Shown: piece by piece, positions 28,451-40,780 of the stretch
Layout: each line of letters starts with the position of its first letter
Numbering within the stretch: position 1 is the first letter of the stretch
NCBI GenBank assembly: GCA_040954595.2
Contig: CM082598.2
Location: forward strand, 6,339,097-6,403,096
Length of the DNA: 64,000 bases
Source: Balanoglossus misakiensis
Lineage: Eukaryota; Animalia; Hemichordata
Direction: 5' to 3'
The notes under the pieces: generated by a model
What the model was told of the DNA's origin: nothing
Databases searched by the model: none
What the model saw: only the letters and a program-made list of their open reading frames with translations
Translations under genes and position numbers: made by a program

Positions 28451-30676
28451 AATTACACAAAGCTGCAACCAGTTGTACTATCATTGATGAAACATTTTGA
28501 AGACTACAGGGAATGTGATGTTTAAGGATACGCCAACATTTGACTCGCTGGATCGCACGTTCAACGTGAATGCGTGAAGAAGCAATCTTTCTTGTTCTTT
28601 TTATCTCTTTAACATTTAACCTTTTCTTTTTTCCATTATACCACTTTCTTGTGAAAGGGGGTGCAATCAAAACAGCGTCACGCTTTAAAAGCAGATCCTC
28701 AATTTGAAAACCCCTGTCCGCCATTACTGCATCTTCAGCATCAATTTTTTCAATCAATCCACTATGTTCAGTTATATATTTATCTGAAACATTACCTGAC
28801 CATAAATCACTTACAAAGGTAAAAGCTCCAAATGGTGCAATCCCAAACAAACATTTGTATGTATTGTGGCTCTTATACTGTGAATAAGTTTTGTATTGTT
28901 CTTTCTTATTCCTGGGTCTATCTACAAAAAATTCAGCGCAGTCCAATATCACTCGTGTGTGTGGAAAATCCTTTCTTAAATCTAATGGCATCCAACCACA
29001 AATCTGTTCCTGAGATGGCCATATCAAGAGTGCTGGAACAAGGGTTTGGTGCAAGTAAGATATCCATGTTATTGTCACTTTGGATACAGTTGAAGTGCTA
29101 ACATGAAACAAATCAGCCAAAATGAGCAGAGGCAGGTTTAATCTAATACGCATCAAACACATGATGAACTGGAAGAATGGCTGCAATTCTTGCCGCCGAC
29201 CTGGACGCCGACCACCAGTTTTTTCATACTTCTTTTCTTTTGCACTGTCTGAGGTACTCCAAAACTTCATACGGTCAACACCAAATTTGACTGAGTTGTA
29301 AATACCTGCAGCAGTATAAAAAAACAGAAACACACATATTCAACAACATATCCACAGCAGTACTTATAGTTATACCTGTATATTGAATTCATCCAATAAA
29401 GTATATGTTGATTTGTTTGTTTGTTTACACAGATGAAGTATTAATGAGCAGTACATTTTGCATTGTCTATGATTTTTACATGTTACAGGGGAAGTGCCAT
29501 AATCATGTGCATTTCCAAGATAGGGATAACACTAGTAAGTACTAAATCAAGTGGGTAGAAATAGTTCCCTTTAAAATAAGAACACTGAAGGCATAAGTTA
29601 TACATACCATCAAGAACACTTCTTGACTGGATTCCAGTATAGAAGTTGACTCTCTCATCAGTTTTTGTAATGACATCAACAATGCGCTTTCCTGGTGGTA
29701 TTGGTTTAACAAAACATTCCATTTCACGGATGTCTTCCATAGTCAGATCGGTCTGGGTGGCCATGTCGGAAAGGTTTGGAGAAGCAGTATGTATATAATC
29801 ATGATCAGTGGGCTGGGGCATACCAATCCAGCACTGAACCAAAGGCTCCATATCTGTAAAGAAAATTTCAATGTCAAAAATATTTCATCACATTTATCAC
29901 CATCCTTGGACAAAGGCTGAGCTAACTGTAAAACCATTCTAGTTTTACCTACTTTCCCATCAAAGCAGGGGAATTTCAAAAAATGCACGTGCATTTGCCA
30001 ATTCTGTTCAGTGCTATCCTGGTATCCATACCCCAGTGTGTTTTAGATAGTAGTGTGTGAATCTAAAACACACAGTGGTCTAGATACCAGGCTACATTGT
30101 ATTTGCTAGCACTGGAGGAAAAAACTCGTTTAATAATATGCATATAAGTTTCAGCTTTCAATACCTCTGTGCGATTGAAGCTTGATTCTTTCATGTATAT
30201 ACATGTTAGCAACAGATTAAAGAACAATTCTTTCATTGAAACTTACGCCCAACTCGTAATGTCTCTCTCTCTCTCTGAGTCTGGTACGATCTCTGGCGGC
30301 TCCGCTGCTCCATGATCAGATGACCTCGCCTTGTCGAGTTTTATCAGGGTCGATGACGAGCGTGTATTCTTCACTTTCCCCCATTGTTCCACTCAAAATA
30401 TTCGGGATCGCCTTGCGCAAACCCTCTTTCATCAAGTTGAAAATTGTCGAAATGTCTGGAGCACAGTCGCGAACGCTTGTTGATTTTTAACACGTCCTGT
30501 ATCTTGTTGCAGCAGTCTTTCCCTTCCCTCTGCACCAGTCTCTTCCATCGAGCTTTTGCATAGCGATTACGGGGCCATTTGACCCAGCGAACTGTCGACA
30601 TCCATGGATGTCTGTTTAAGTGTTTCAATTTCCTGGAATCCGATCCACATTCTGCCGATTCACACTTGAATACCAT
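28437..30676 (-). pseudogene. Spliced THAP-HTH-DDE_Tnp_4 transposase (frameshift near 30383, C-terminus clipped by the satellite)
   Basis: Exon 30676-30247 encodes a THAP-like zinc finger (CESAEC...KWP...W...RLCSRHF); a 1-nt frame change near 30383 continues to a GTAAGT donor. Exon ~29853-29608 has DHDY and VNFYTG. The last exon (29306-28451) has the HTH (LMRIRLNLPLLILADLFHVSTSTVSK) and the DDE triad VILDCAEF / VMADRGF / RIHVERAIQRVK, ending AALCNL and then satellite-encoded DKY*. Confidence 0.88.
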
Positions 30677-30813
30677 CTCTGTCAGACGACAGTCGAAATA
30701 ACAGCATACAAAACACTAAAATTCCAGATGGCCGCCAAAAAAGTGTCGACCAATCTCCCATGATGCATTTCAACTTCCCGTGAATTTGACCCCCTAGCAA
30801 CAAGTGAAAACCT
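28451..30813 (-). mobile_element. ISL2EU/PIF-Harbinger-type DNA transposon, 3' part lost at the satellite junction
   Basis: Contains the THAP + DDE_Tnp_4 transposase. The candidate 5' terminus on the minus strand reads (AT)AGGTTTTCACTTG at ~30813. The partner TIR is absent, so this end is tentative. Confidence 0.75.
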
Positions 30814-31200
30814 ATTTAAGGCAGCGAGAATTTTAGTCCCAACCCTGCAAACGCCAATTCAGTACCTACTCTGGATGCCGAGATATAGGAAATTAGGTCA
30901 AAGGTCACCCGAGGTCACTCAAAATGTAGGCAAAAATTTCTGACCCCCATACTGGTCCATGTCCCACAAGAACAAAACCTGTAGCCCTCATAGTTAGCCC
31001 GGAATTAGGTATGCACATAATTAATGAGTTAAGCAGGTGTTACAGGTGAGCCCAAAATTTTGTCTTTTATTTTGGTCCCATTCAGCTCACGGGCCACTAG
31101 ACTGTCACTGTACAGGACAATTGCACAGACATGGACATAACGTCATAGCTTAACTATAGAAAGTATAGGCCTGTGGGTGGGTCCACAAATATGACAAATA

Positions 31201-31352
31201 ATAAGGGGTTATTACACGAATTTGGGTCGATAACGCGTCGTATTCGAGTGATGTCCGTATTTTGACAAGTTGCGCTTCGCAGCGAGTCAAAATACGGACA
31301 TCACGAGAATGCGTCGCGTTATCGACCAAAATTCGTGTAATAACCCCTTTAT
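31201..31352. repeat. ~150-bp imperfect palindrome (hairpin), probable terminus of a mobile element
   Basis: Arms AAGGGGTTATTACACGAATTTGGGTCGATAACGCG...TTTTGAC and GTCAAAA...CGCGTTATCGACCAAAATTCGTGTAATAACCCCTT. The centre contains GCTTCGC. Followed by TTTATCATACATGCCT. Confidence 0.9.
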
Positions 31353-32225
31353 CATACATGCCTACCTATAAAACAGTACGATTTGCGAAAATGCGCCGAG
31401 AAAAACGATTTCAAATTTGATCCTGGGATCACGGCAGTAGCCATGTTGTGACGTATGACGTGTGGGCCGTAGTATCATTTTAAGGGGGTTGGCAGCTTTC
31501 ATTACGATGGGCACATCCGCATTCTAAATAAAATTGTCTACGTTCTCTTTCAAAATATCATGTTAACAATTATTTAGCAGACACGGATAATTTCTATTTG
31601 CTGACCATTACCACACCACACTCTGAGGCAACACTAGTACTCTGTTAGATTGCAGAATAGAATATTAGAATATTTTGACTCAAACCACCGTGAGCCACAC
31701 TTTTTAATTGGAGGGATATATGGAGCAGTCGAGTCCTGTTTGAGGCCTGTATGTGTATTGAAAAAATGAAAACGATTGTAAACAATTCGACAAAAAAACA
31801 GACGTTCTATTTCTAGTAAATGAAAGTGCATGTAAATTTGACTTGAATACATAACATCTTAAAGTCCCAATAGCTTCCATTTTTTTTCATCATTTAACTT
31901 TCGACATTAGAATTGTACATTTAAGTCAATTAACTGGTAGGCACACATATCAGCAACCTCTGATTGTAGCTGTTAATTTAAATATGAAATTCAAAAATAA
32001 ATGGGTGTCGCACCCGTTTATTCAACTAGCAATTACAAGAGTACACAACTATTGTGGTGTGTGCACACGGGTAAAATATTCTCCACAAACATTGGATTGA
32101 ACGAAATGTTTGAACACTCGAAATAACGCATGTGTGCATAAGATGGTAAGATATGACGTGGGTGATATCAATCGTTTGGACGAACAAGACCCAGATATTG
32201 CGTCTGTTGCTACGGGGGTGTGACG

Positions 32226-32879
32226 CTATTCTTCACAAATCCAGTAGTTCTTCGAAGATTGAGAAAATTCACAATCTTCAACTTTCATTCTCTTTAGGTT
32301 GTCAATTTTTATCAGCTTTACGCAGCCAACCCCGTCTTCCGGCGGGTCTCCGTCAGCCCATAACTTGTAGCCACCTGTATCACCGTCAAGCCATGCATAT
32401 TGACTCTGTTTTTCACACAGACAAAGATAAAACAAGGCGAAGTTTCAGTGAATCTCCAAAAAATATTACCATATTTTTGTATGTGTGTAATGTGCGCTGG
32501 TAGTGGCATATATTCATTTATCGACAAAATAGTGGTTCCATATATTGTGTGTTATATTCAGAATATCTAATCCGCTTCAAGACATAGAAAAACTGTATTC
32601 GGCTCTCGTAACAAATATTCCGAAAGAAATCATTGGAAATAAACAGTATAAAAAGGTTTCTGAGATAGGAAAGGGTGCATGGGGAAGTTGTCATCACAAT
32701 TTATAGACTGCCTATAGCCAGAAAAGAGAATGCTGTACAGCGGATTGGGAGATCATCAACATGTACCATGTACACCAACAGATTTGTAAATTAAATTTGT
32801 TTCAAATGACTCCACCAAAATTCGCATGCACACTTGTGAAGCGACAACAGGACAGTAAAAGTCTGTATTCTCATCACAA

Positions 32880-32920
<41 letters not shown>

Positions 32921-35900
32921 GAAAAGGACAGACAAACAAATAAACAACACTGCGATTATACCTCATTATCAATATTAGCTGTCCTCAACCCTATCCAGTA
33001 CGGGTACTGGTCATCTATGTTAGTCAATTCTGCCAAAATCTCGGTGAATTTGTTCTTGTTATCGAACTTGACCAGACTACCGCCAATGTCCCGGCAATTA
33101 TCTCTCGCGTCATGCCATTTATATTTCGATTTGCCTGCACAGACTGTGTACGATCCCAGATGAACGATTTGACGGCAGAGATTGTTTGCTGAAAAATAAT
33201 CACACACTTCGGTTCATTTTCTGCATAAAAACATACATTCGGCATTGTTCAGGACGACCCTGCCGACCAATACATGATATTTCAAAGTCAATTGAAAATA
33301 TGATTGTTTACCATGAGGTACATTGAAACACAAAGTAACATGACAGACATGTACATTGTAGCAGTTACACTTTTCGCCTTCTTTGGCTTGCTAGCAACAC
33401 TGTATCATTTGGGACAAACACAAAGAGACGGAGGCAAATTTTGTTTTTTTGAATGACTGGGTTATGTAGGAGGTCACTTTTGAAGTCGAATGGACGTCGA
33501 CACTTTTGAAGTCAACCCAGATGGAGACACTCGCCCTTTTCAAGAGAGAGAGAGCAAACTAGTTCGCGACGGTGAGACTACACATACATGTACAGGGATT
33601 AAATCAGCTCTGCTTAAAAATACCACGAATACGAGTGTTGCGATGTTGCTGTAGTAACATAAACAGCACAAGTTACAGCGACTTATGACCTTCGGGTTGA
33701 CCCGGAAGTGTATCTCGGTCTATCCCACAACTCAATGAGACTTTCTAAGATGGCGGAAATACAATGTTAGCCTCTATGCAACTAGGTGCTATGTGCTAGA
33801 TAGACAAGACTAGTACCTACGTAAACATTTTGGATTAGGGGTAGGTTCCCACTGTCCTTTATTACAGGTTATATTGTTATGATCCGGATCGTGAAAGCCG
33901 ATAGTGCATTGAACGGTTGCCTCCTCGCCGTGACGCGTGATAGCATCTCCAATTAACTCCGTAACGTCATTTAAATCCGCCGACGACGGAAGCAAACATG
34001 ATTCTTTGGATTAAAAAAATTATATCCATTAAAATTTCTCAATTAAATATTATATGGACTCATTATATAGCATAGTTAAACCAGTCTGAAAACACTGCGC
34101 ACGTGCACACACAAGAGAGTCATAGCAAACATACATACATACATACATACATACATACATACATACATACATACATACATACACACACACACAAACACAT
34201 ACACATACATATATTACCTTTGCAAACAGGCAGTGGATTTGTCCATTCACCTTCAATGCACATGCTTGATTGATTTCCGAGCAAAGTGTAAAATATCTGG
34301 GCTATTTCGTTCCACTCACACGTGAATGTCAGATAGCCAGTTCTTACAACAGTCACATGACCATTCTCTATCGTTCCCGGATCTGAGCAGTCTATGGAGC
34401 AAAAACACACCAGCTTCACTTCAACGTTTGAAAACCATGTATGGACAATTCGATTGGCTTCTTGACTTGTGAATCAGATTTGTGATAGTTCATATAAATT
34501 CCATGCCAAGATAAGGCTATGAAGTTGAGCATAGATACGGATAAAATAACCTTTATGACTGCAGTATTCTAGCCATGGCAACACACAAGATGATGATGGC
34601 GAACGATGTGTTTTAATGTTGACAAGGGCATTCAAGCCTGGACTTGAATACGATTATTAACAAAAATGGCGATCATGCTTACATGGGGTATGTTGGGAAC
34701 ACAAAGTACATGTATTTTTTTAAGGAGGCGAACCATGGTCGATACAGAGAACATAAATTCTGAAAAAAGGATAGTCTACAGTTACAGATGATCTACTTAC
34801 TGCAATGCACAAGCGATTTCCTACATGGCTTTTCTTCTCGATCAACGCCTGCGCAGTCTGCACCTCCGTCTGCAGGTGGTGGAGTGTCACATTTTCTGGT
34901 GCGCGTGCGCACATTCCACCCACAATCGGCTGGACAGGATCCCCACGGAGACCACTTGCCCCATGCACCATCGCCTTTAAGAAGTGAAACACGAGCGATT
35001 ACTATTTATATCTTGATAAATCATTAAAAATACACGATAATCATACAAACTGCTGTCTTGCTTGTCTTTCAACACTCCCTTAGTTGTGACAAGGCAACCT
35101 CATCACTACATGTATAGGCCTACATTCTATCTGCTCACATTTCAACACTCGGGCACATTTGTTACTCACCAGAATTGCACCCCACCGCATCTGGACGACG
35201 AGCACAGATATCTGCACCAGACTGAGCTTCCTGCTTGATAGCCTCGATAATCTTGTTCGCTGCGGCCCCACTTACTGTCGGTTGGCAAGAGGGAAAATGT
35301 GTCAATAAAGCATCTCAAAAAGGACAATCGCAATTAACAATATTTGGTAACTTAAGCGTTTTCCACATCACTTAGACCCAAGCTAAAGACCTAAAGAATC
35401 ACCTCCAATTTACATATACCCAAATATGAATGAATGTGTGTGGTTAAGTCCTACGCACTTTTCTGGCCCTCACTACCATAAACGACGTTGGATTTATTAT
35501 GATCAGTATTTACCTTCACAAATATGCACAAAACAAAAACGGTACTATCACTTTAACATGCTGTATACAATGTGCCAAGGTTCTGCCCAGCCTTGCATCA
35601 CTGAGAGCTGGTCGGATAATTAATATTCATGAGCTAATTAATATTCATCAGAAATACTATAGGGGCCGGACATAAAATTAAAAGACTCACCGAGGGCGCT
35701 GCGAGTATCACAAGGCACAGTTTCATTGTCATGTCCCGTACACCCAATATCAACATTGGGAGTTCCGCTGAAGAGGCACTCGCGAGTTCTATTGCGGCGA
35801 CCGACCAAGCCGCCTCCTGGCACTGGTTCACACGCAGCCAGACTCCACATTGACCAAACTAGAACAAACAATATCAAAATTGACGATTCTAGTAGTATGC

Positions 35901-38900
35901 TTGATCAGTTTCACATTGAACACAAAATTATCACTGGGAAAACTTGCAAAAAGACAGCTACGTTTGCAATGAAGTATGTTGTACGAGGACGGTAGGGCAA
36001 TTCTGACTCACCCGGACAAATATGCATGTGACACTTCTGGTAGTCTGTACGACGACCCGCACAGGAGTTTCCGCCATCTCCGGGGACCGGGCTGTTGCAC
36101 TCTCGTGTACGGGTTTGATATCCGGCGTTACACGACGCCGTACAGTCGGACCAGGAGCTCCAATCGCCCCAGCCGCCATCAGTCACTGGAGCACAATGAA
36201 AGAAAGAAAAAACATAAGCGAGAAACTTCTCATTTCGCACATGACTTAACATTCTTTATTCGCCGCTGCTCCATCTGAAGCCTTGAGTTGTTCAACATCT
36301 CTCGGAATATCAATCAACTTCTCATGGAAACTCCATTGAAAAGTTTTAATTGCATAATTGTTTATATTGTAGTTTCAAAAGGGGCGATTAAAATGTTGGG
36401 TAAAACTAGTGGACAGTTCATGAATGACGTTCCCCGAGCCCGAGCGACACTCAGGAATACACATTGCATACATTTAATCACGTTTAATTTATTAAGAGAA
36501 TAAGAATTTTGCTCAATTTTCTAACTAGCAACACAGTTAATTTGCTGACATTTAAAATCAATAAGATCTTGAATTTCACAATGAATACATCTAATCGATT
36601 TTTCTTTTATCAGTAAATAGAATGTACGTTTCTCGAGTATCGGTCCACCGACCCCACTGATATGTTGACTGTATACAGTAGCGAACTCATTAACAAAGTT
36701 ATACTTTCAGCGCCTTTGGAAATAACATTGTTATTGATTCTGGCGCTTTATAAATGTTTGTTTTGATTGATTTGATTTGAAAGTAGTATTTGCATTTCTC
36801 ATTGTTCATAATTTGCATAGTAATTAAATGCTATGTTAATGAGTTCTTGTGCTTCCCAAACTTTTGAACACGGAGCAATTTCGATTCCTTGTTAATACTC
36901 AGCTGAGAAGAATGTCTTTCTCTATGAGAGAGTAATTAACATTCACATTTCCAATATTTGTCGATCATTTCGCATGACGCGCCGTGTCTTGATCCGATCC
37001 AGCAAAATTGGACAATATGTAACAATATGTATAAATGTATTGATGTTTTGAACTTGGGTCGCACACCCCCCGTACGAAAACTATGGGAGTACCCTTCCCC
37101 TTACCCGGGGGTTCCACACAGTCAGAGTCACAGCTCTGAACCGCCGTCCACAAGACTGACCATATACCCGGTAAACGTACCTGGTATGTTGCAAGTTGGT
37201 CCAATAAAGCGACCGGCCTCCCTGCAGATACAGGAAAAAGTATCGCTGGTAGGGTTTTCTAGGCACCGTCCTCCGTTCAAACAAGGTTGACTGGCGCACG
37301 GTCTTGCTCTTGCCTGAAATACATTATTCCGTCTGACTAAGTATACTCACCCACATATACTACACATCAGATTGGCGTAATTTCCATGCAATAGCCACGG
37401 AATGATAATATTCAACATATAGTAATTATGACGTCAAACGCATTCCTTTTAAAATCCCAATGTTTTACTCGGATATTTTGACATATTTTTTGGAACTGAA
37501 AACCGTGGAAATTCATACAGCCCAGGAGGTCATATGGAATAACAAATATGTTACTGTCGATGGGAACATCATGATATTCTAAAAAAAATGGTTCCAACAG
37601 GGTATTAAGTACATAAGTGATTTCTTTAATGTCACTGGTGCTCCACTGCCCTGGCAGGTGTTTAAAGGTCCCATGCCATGCCCTATACAACCACGCGTAA
37701 AATCACTATTTGGGTCTTGAAGTTAACGTATGTTACTATCTTGCAATGCGTTTTGCCCCTTGTGCTTAGATAACAAGCAAGTAAAAGTGGCGGGTGGGCG
37801 TGTACCCCTAACCCAACTCAGTCGAGTTTTTTCGGCTTTTCAAAGTTCAGTCGAAGGCTTATCTTGATGTGGACAAATAGTCTTTCACACCTTCGCAAAT
37901 CCTTTGCCTGTAATGTGAAACAAGGGCTTCCTTTGCTTTGAACACTGTTTATATAGCTTGTCTTTGTCTGTGGACTTAATTACGCATGGACCGCTAATTA
38001 CACCATACTGTTAGCAGAATGGTACACTACGACGTAGTGTACTTGTTTGTCCATATGCAAATACCTTCGTCTGGCTCGAGTGCGAAGTGACTCCCTGATC
38101 ATAGGCATGAAAAAAAGGGGGCAAATTCCGGCATTCGCGCACATTTTTCGGAACCGACACAGTAGGCAATGCATAGACAAGTACCTTAGGTGAGCTTTTG
38201 ATGTGGAAAAATGAAAACTTTCCAAAGCATGACATGAGACCTTTAAGGAAAAGTTTAACGTCAATGTAGATTTTATAACATGTAGTGGCGCTATCTCCTC
38301 AATACCAAGAAAACGGAAAGAATCATTGAGAAATGGAAGTTTCATTCCAGCAACTGATGAAAATACACAAGAATATCTTGAAAAATATCAAATTCGAACA
38401 GGCACCACAAAGGAATTCTACGAGATGTTTAAGCAAAAAAAGTTTCTCCCACCCACTTCAGAAAAAAGTACTCTAAAATGAATTATGCGCAAAATGTTAA
38501 CTGGACAAAAATATGGAAACTGCCATTTGAAACCACAAAAGAAATGAAATTGAGAGTTTTTCAATTTAAAAACAATCACCGCATACTAGCTACAAACCTT
38601 TTTTTAATGAATAATAAAATAAAAGACAGCGATAGCTGTCAACACTGCAATTTGCAGGAAACTATAGAGCATGTTTTCTGGGAATGTCGCGAAGCCATAA
38701 AATTTTGGACCACCTTTAAAAAATTCTACCAGTTTAAAACAAATCAAATAATCACACTATCTTGTCGAGATGTCCTTTTTGGTGTCCTTCCTCAAAACAG
38801 AAACTCACTATTAAACCATTTATTAATTATAGCCAAGTACCATTTATATGCAATCCGTTTTTAAATGAGAAACCGTCTCTTGCTGTCTTCATTGAAAAAG

Positions 38901-39560
38901 TTAAAAGTATTGTAACCTCAGAAAAAAATATTGCAAAGAAAAATGGAAATATCAATCTTTTTCACACGATAAATGGAAAGTAATCCTGCCACTGTGATGT
39001 CTTCAGATTCTCGATTATGACAATTGTTATTCTTGTTTTTGATTTGTTTTTGCTTTTTGTCCTCCCCTTCCTTTTGTTTTTGTTTTTTTTTTGTGTTTTT
39101 GACTTCCCTTGCTCTGTATTCCTTATTTTTTCTCTGACTTAAAAAAACATGAATCAAGCTCGATATTAGAAATTTTATGTGGTTAGTGTTTTCTTACCTC
39201 GATAAATGTGTACTGATCATTTCGACCGTAAACCCAACCTGGACGGTGCTGCAGGGAGTCATAGTTCGGCGCCTCGGTCGGACAGATCTCACAGATTTTC
39301 AGAGAGGCTTGATAGTTGAACGACTTGCACTTCTCGCCCCGCCGGTAGCACATGTTGGCGCACAGAAGCACGTGGAAGCTGTCCCTGAGCATCGTCGGAT
39401 TCGGGCACGAGAACGACATGTGCGGGGTAGGGATTTCGCTCTGGACAAGGCACGCCTGCGCCTCCGGGTCGAACTGGTCCCCGCTGTCGGGCGACGCTGC
39501 GACAGAACCCAGCGCAAAGGTGGAAACTTGGGCCAGCAGAACCAACGCTTGCAAACTCAT
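32226..39560 (-). CDS. Secreted mosaic protein, copy 1: signal peptide, PAN/apple-like, EGF, 3x TSP1, 2x CCP/sushi, C-type lectin domain (10 exons, ~626 aa)
   Basis: Phase-compatible GT-AG exons: 39560-39198 ([12 protein letters not shown]...[17 protein letters not shown]), 37313-37181 ([15 protein letters not shown]...CIC...FIGPTC), 36185-36012 (TSP1 [10 protein letters not shown]), 35858-35691 (TSP1-like), 35274-35170 (linker), 34974-34801 (TSP1 [10 protein letters not shown]), 34391-34218 and 34003-33821 (CCP), 33188-32962 (WHDARDNC...YWIGL) and 32405-32226 (...YWICEE*). Total 1881 nt, open frame. Confidence 0.85.
32882..32940 (+). repeat. (GACA)n microsatellite in an intron
   Basis: AGACAGACAGAC... 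run; shorter in copy 2 (~43711-43750). Confidence 0.9.
34128..34212 (+). repeat. (TACA)n/(CA)n microsatellite next to the CCP exon donor site
   Basis: Direct reading. Confidence 0.95.
37421..39149 (+). mobile_element. 5'-truncated L1/Tx1-type LINE 3' fragment in intron 1 of gene copy 1 (degenerate)
   Basis: Translates as ...IPMFYSDIL...EVIWNNKYVTVDG...WFQQGIKYISDF...FKEKF...ISSIP and later zf-RVT-like WTKIWK...FQFKNNHRILATN...CQHCNLQETIEHVFWEC. Has a stop and frameshifts, a T-rich 3' UTR and a short A tail. Absent from copy 2. Confidence 0.85.
37666..38242. mobile_element. Non-autonomous TTAA-targeting MITE (Kolobok-like) inserted in the Tx1 fragment
   Basis: TTAA|AGGTCCCATGCCATGC ... GCATGACATGAGACCT|TTAA (14/16 TIR match). 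Removing it restores the LINE frame WQVFKEKF. Confidence 0.88.
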
Positions 39561-40575
39561 GGTTAAGCGCTGGCGGGCGTTGGCTAATGTGTTAAAACTT
39601 GTCAAAACCCTAGAGTTTTACTCCTGCGTGTTTCGGGGTAATTACCTACTCGATAACCATAAGCTCAATGAGCATAGGCGTATTTACTCATCAACCTATG
39701 AAATTAAAAGTAATTTAGATGTTTAGTTAGGCCTACCCAGTGTGGCCGGAACAGCCCACGATATTTGCATCAATGCTGTCCTCATGCGAAACGCAAAGGG
39801 AAGTGTTCCACTGCGTTGAACTCAGGTTAATAAAACGAAAAAAACGTGTCAGGATACACGTCTTCCTCGAGTCAAAGTGAATAAAGACTTATAATATGCG
39901 CGACTCTGTAACATTCACAGACAACTGTCACTACTTATTACGTCTAAACAAGTCATATGTGCATTCATACTCGGGGGGGGGGTATTCGGGTCAGATAATC
40001 ATTACCCCATGAAATGTTTTCAAATACACTGATGCTTTTAAATTATTTTGCAGTTTACGGTACAGACAGGTAACATGTTTCTGTTGCCGCGGTTACCATT
40101 GGAATTAATTCCACTATTAATGGCCTTACAATTACCAAGGGCGTGTCGCGCAATAAAGTTTGCTCGTGTTTTATTATACGACACAATTTAATTTTCGTTA
40201 TATTTACCAAGCAGCTTCATCCGGTGCCGGTAAAAAGCAATTAATCATTAATTTGTTTTATATTTTGTCCGCAAATTAGAACAAAATTTCACTAAGACAA
40301 TAATAGGTATCACGGAGAACAATATACGATGTAATGTAAACATGGCTCTCATTGGTCAATAAATACGAGCATTGTGATTGGACGAAAGCTCTTTCCAACA
40401 TTACAACCCTGAAGCCTGTGTTTGTTTGCCCGCCTGCCTGCCTGCCTGTCTTCCTCTCTGACTTTCCAGCAATTTCAGGGTATCTATCTGCCTTATATCC
40501 CGCCCACCTTTGGCCTTGCCCTCTTCGCTTCAGTGCAGAATTCACCTGAACCGAAAACCAACTCTACTTATTTAA

Positions 40576-40780
40576 GGATGTACGCGTAGAACACAAACCG
40601 AAAACTGCGCGCACCCGTCTTTTCCCCGTAGCATTATATTGAAAATCGCCAGAAAACAAACTTCTACTATTGTCATTTTCACGAAATTTTACACATAGCT
40701 CAGTCTAGCAAATATAAATTCATTGGTCAAATAAAATACAGGGGTCACCGCGCTCTATTTTGAGATAAATTGCGTTAAAA
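40576..40780 (+). mobile_element. Left half of the TTAA MITE that is complete at 50134-50543
   Basis: TTAA|GGATGTACGCGTAGAAC... nearly identical to 50134-50340, then truncated by a deletion. Confidence 0.8.

Noticed and set aside
28451-28461. AATTACACAAA at the junction matches a satellite variant (possible microhomology)
   Set aside because: It is out of register with the adjoining monomer and AT-rich, so probably chance.
30816-31153. Possible further TTAA element (TTAAGGCAGCG...TAGCTTAA)
   Set aside because: No matching inverted terminus found.
33233-33259. Possible micro-exon GRPEQCR
   Set aside because: Its phase (0 to 2) is incompatible with the neighbouring exons, and the model is in frame without it.
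35510-35610. Possible extra exon conserved in both units
   Set aside because: All tested frames hit stops or give incompatible phases. The conservation is explained by the recent duplication.
39177-39726. Plus-strand ORFs overlapping exon 1 (and 48821-49370)
   Set aside because: Antisense shadows of a GC-rich coding exon, with no recognisable motifs.
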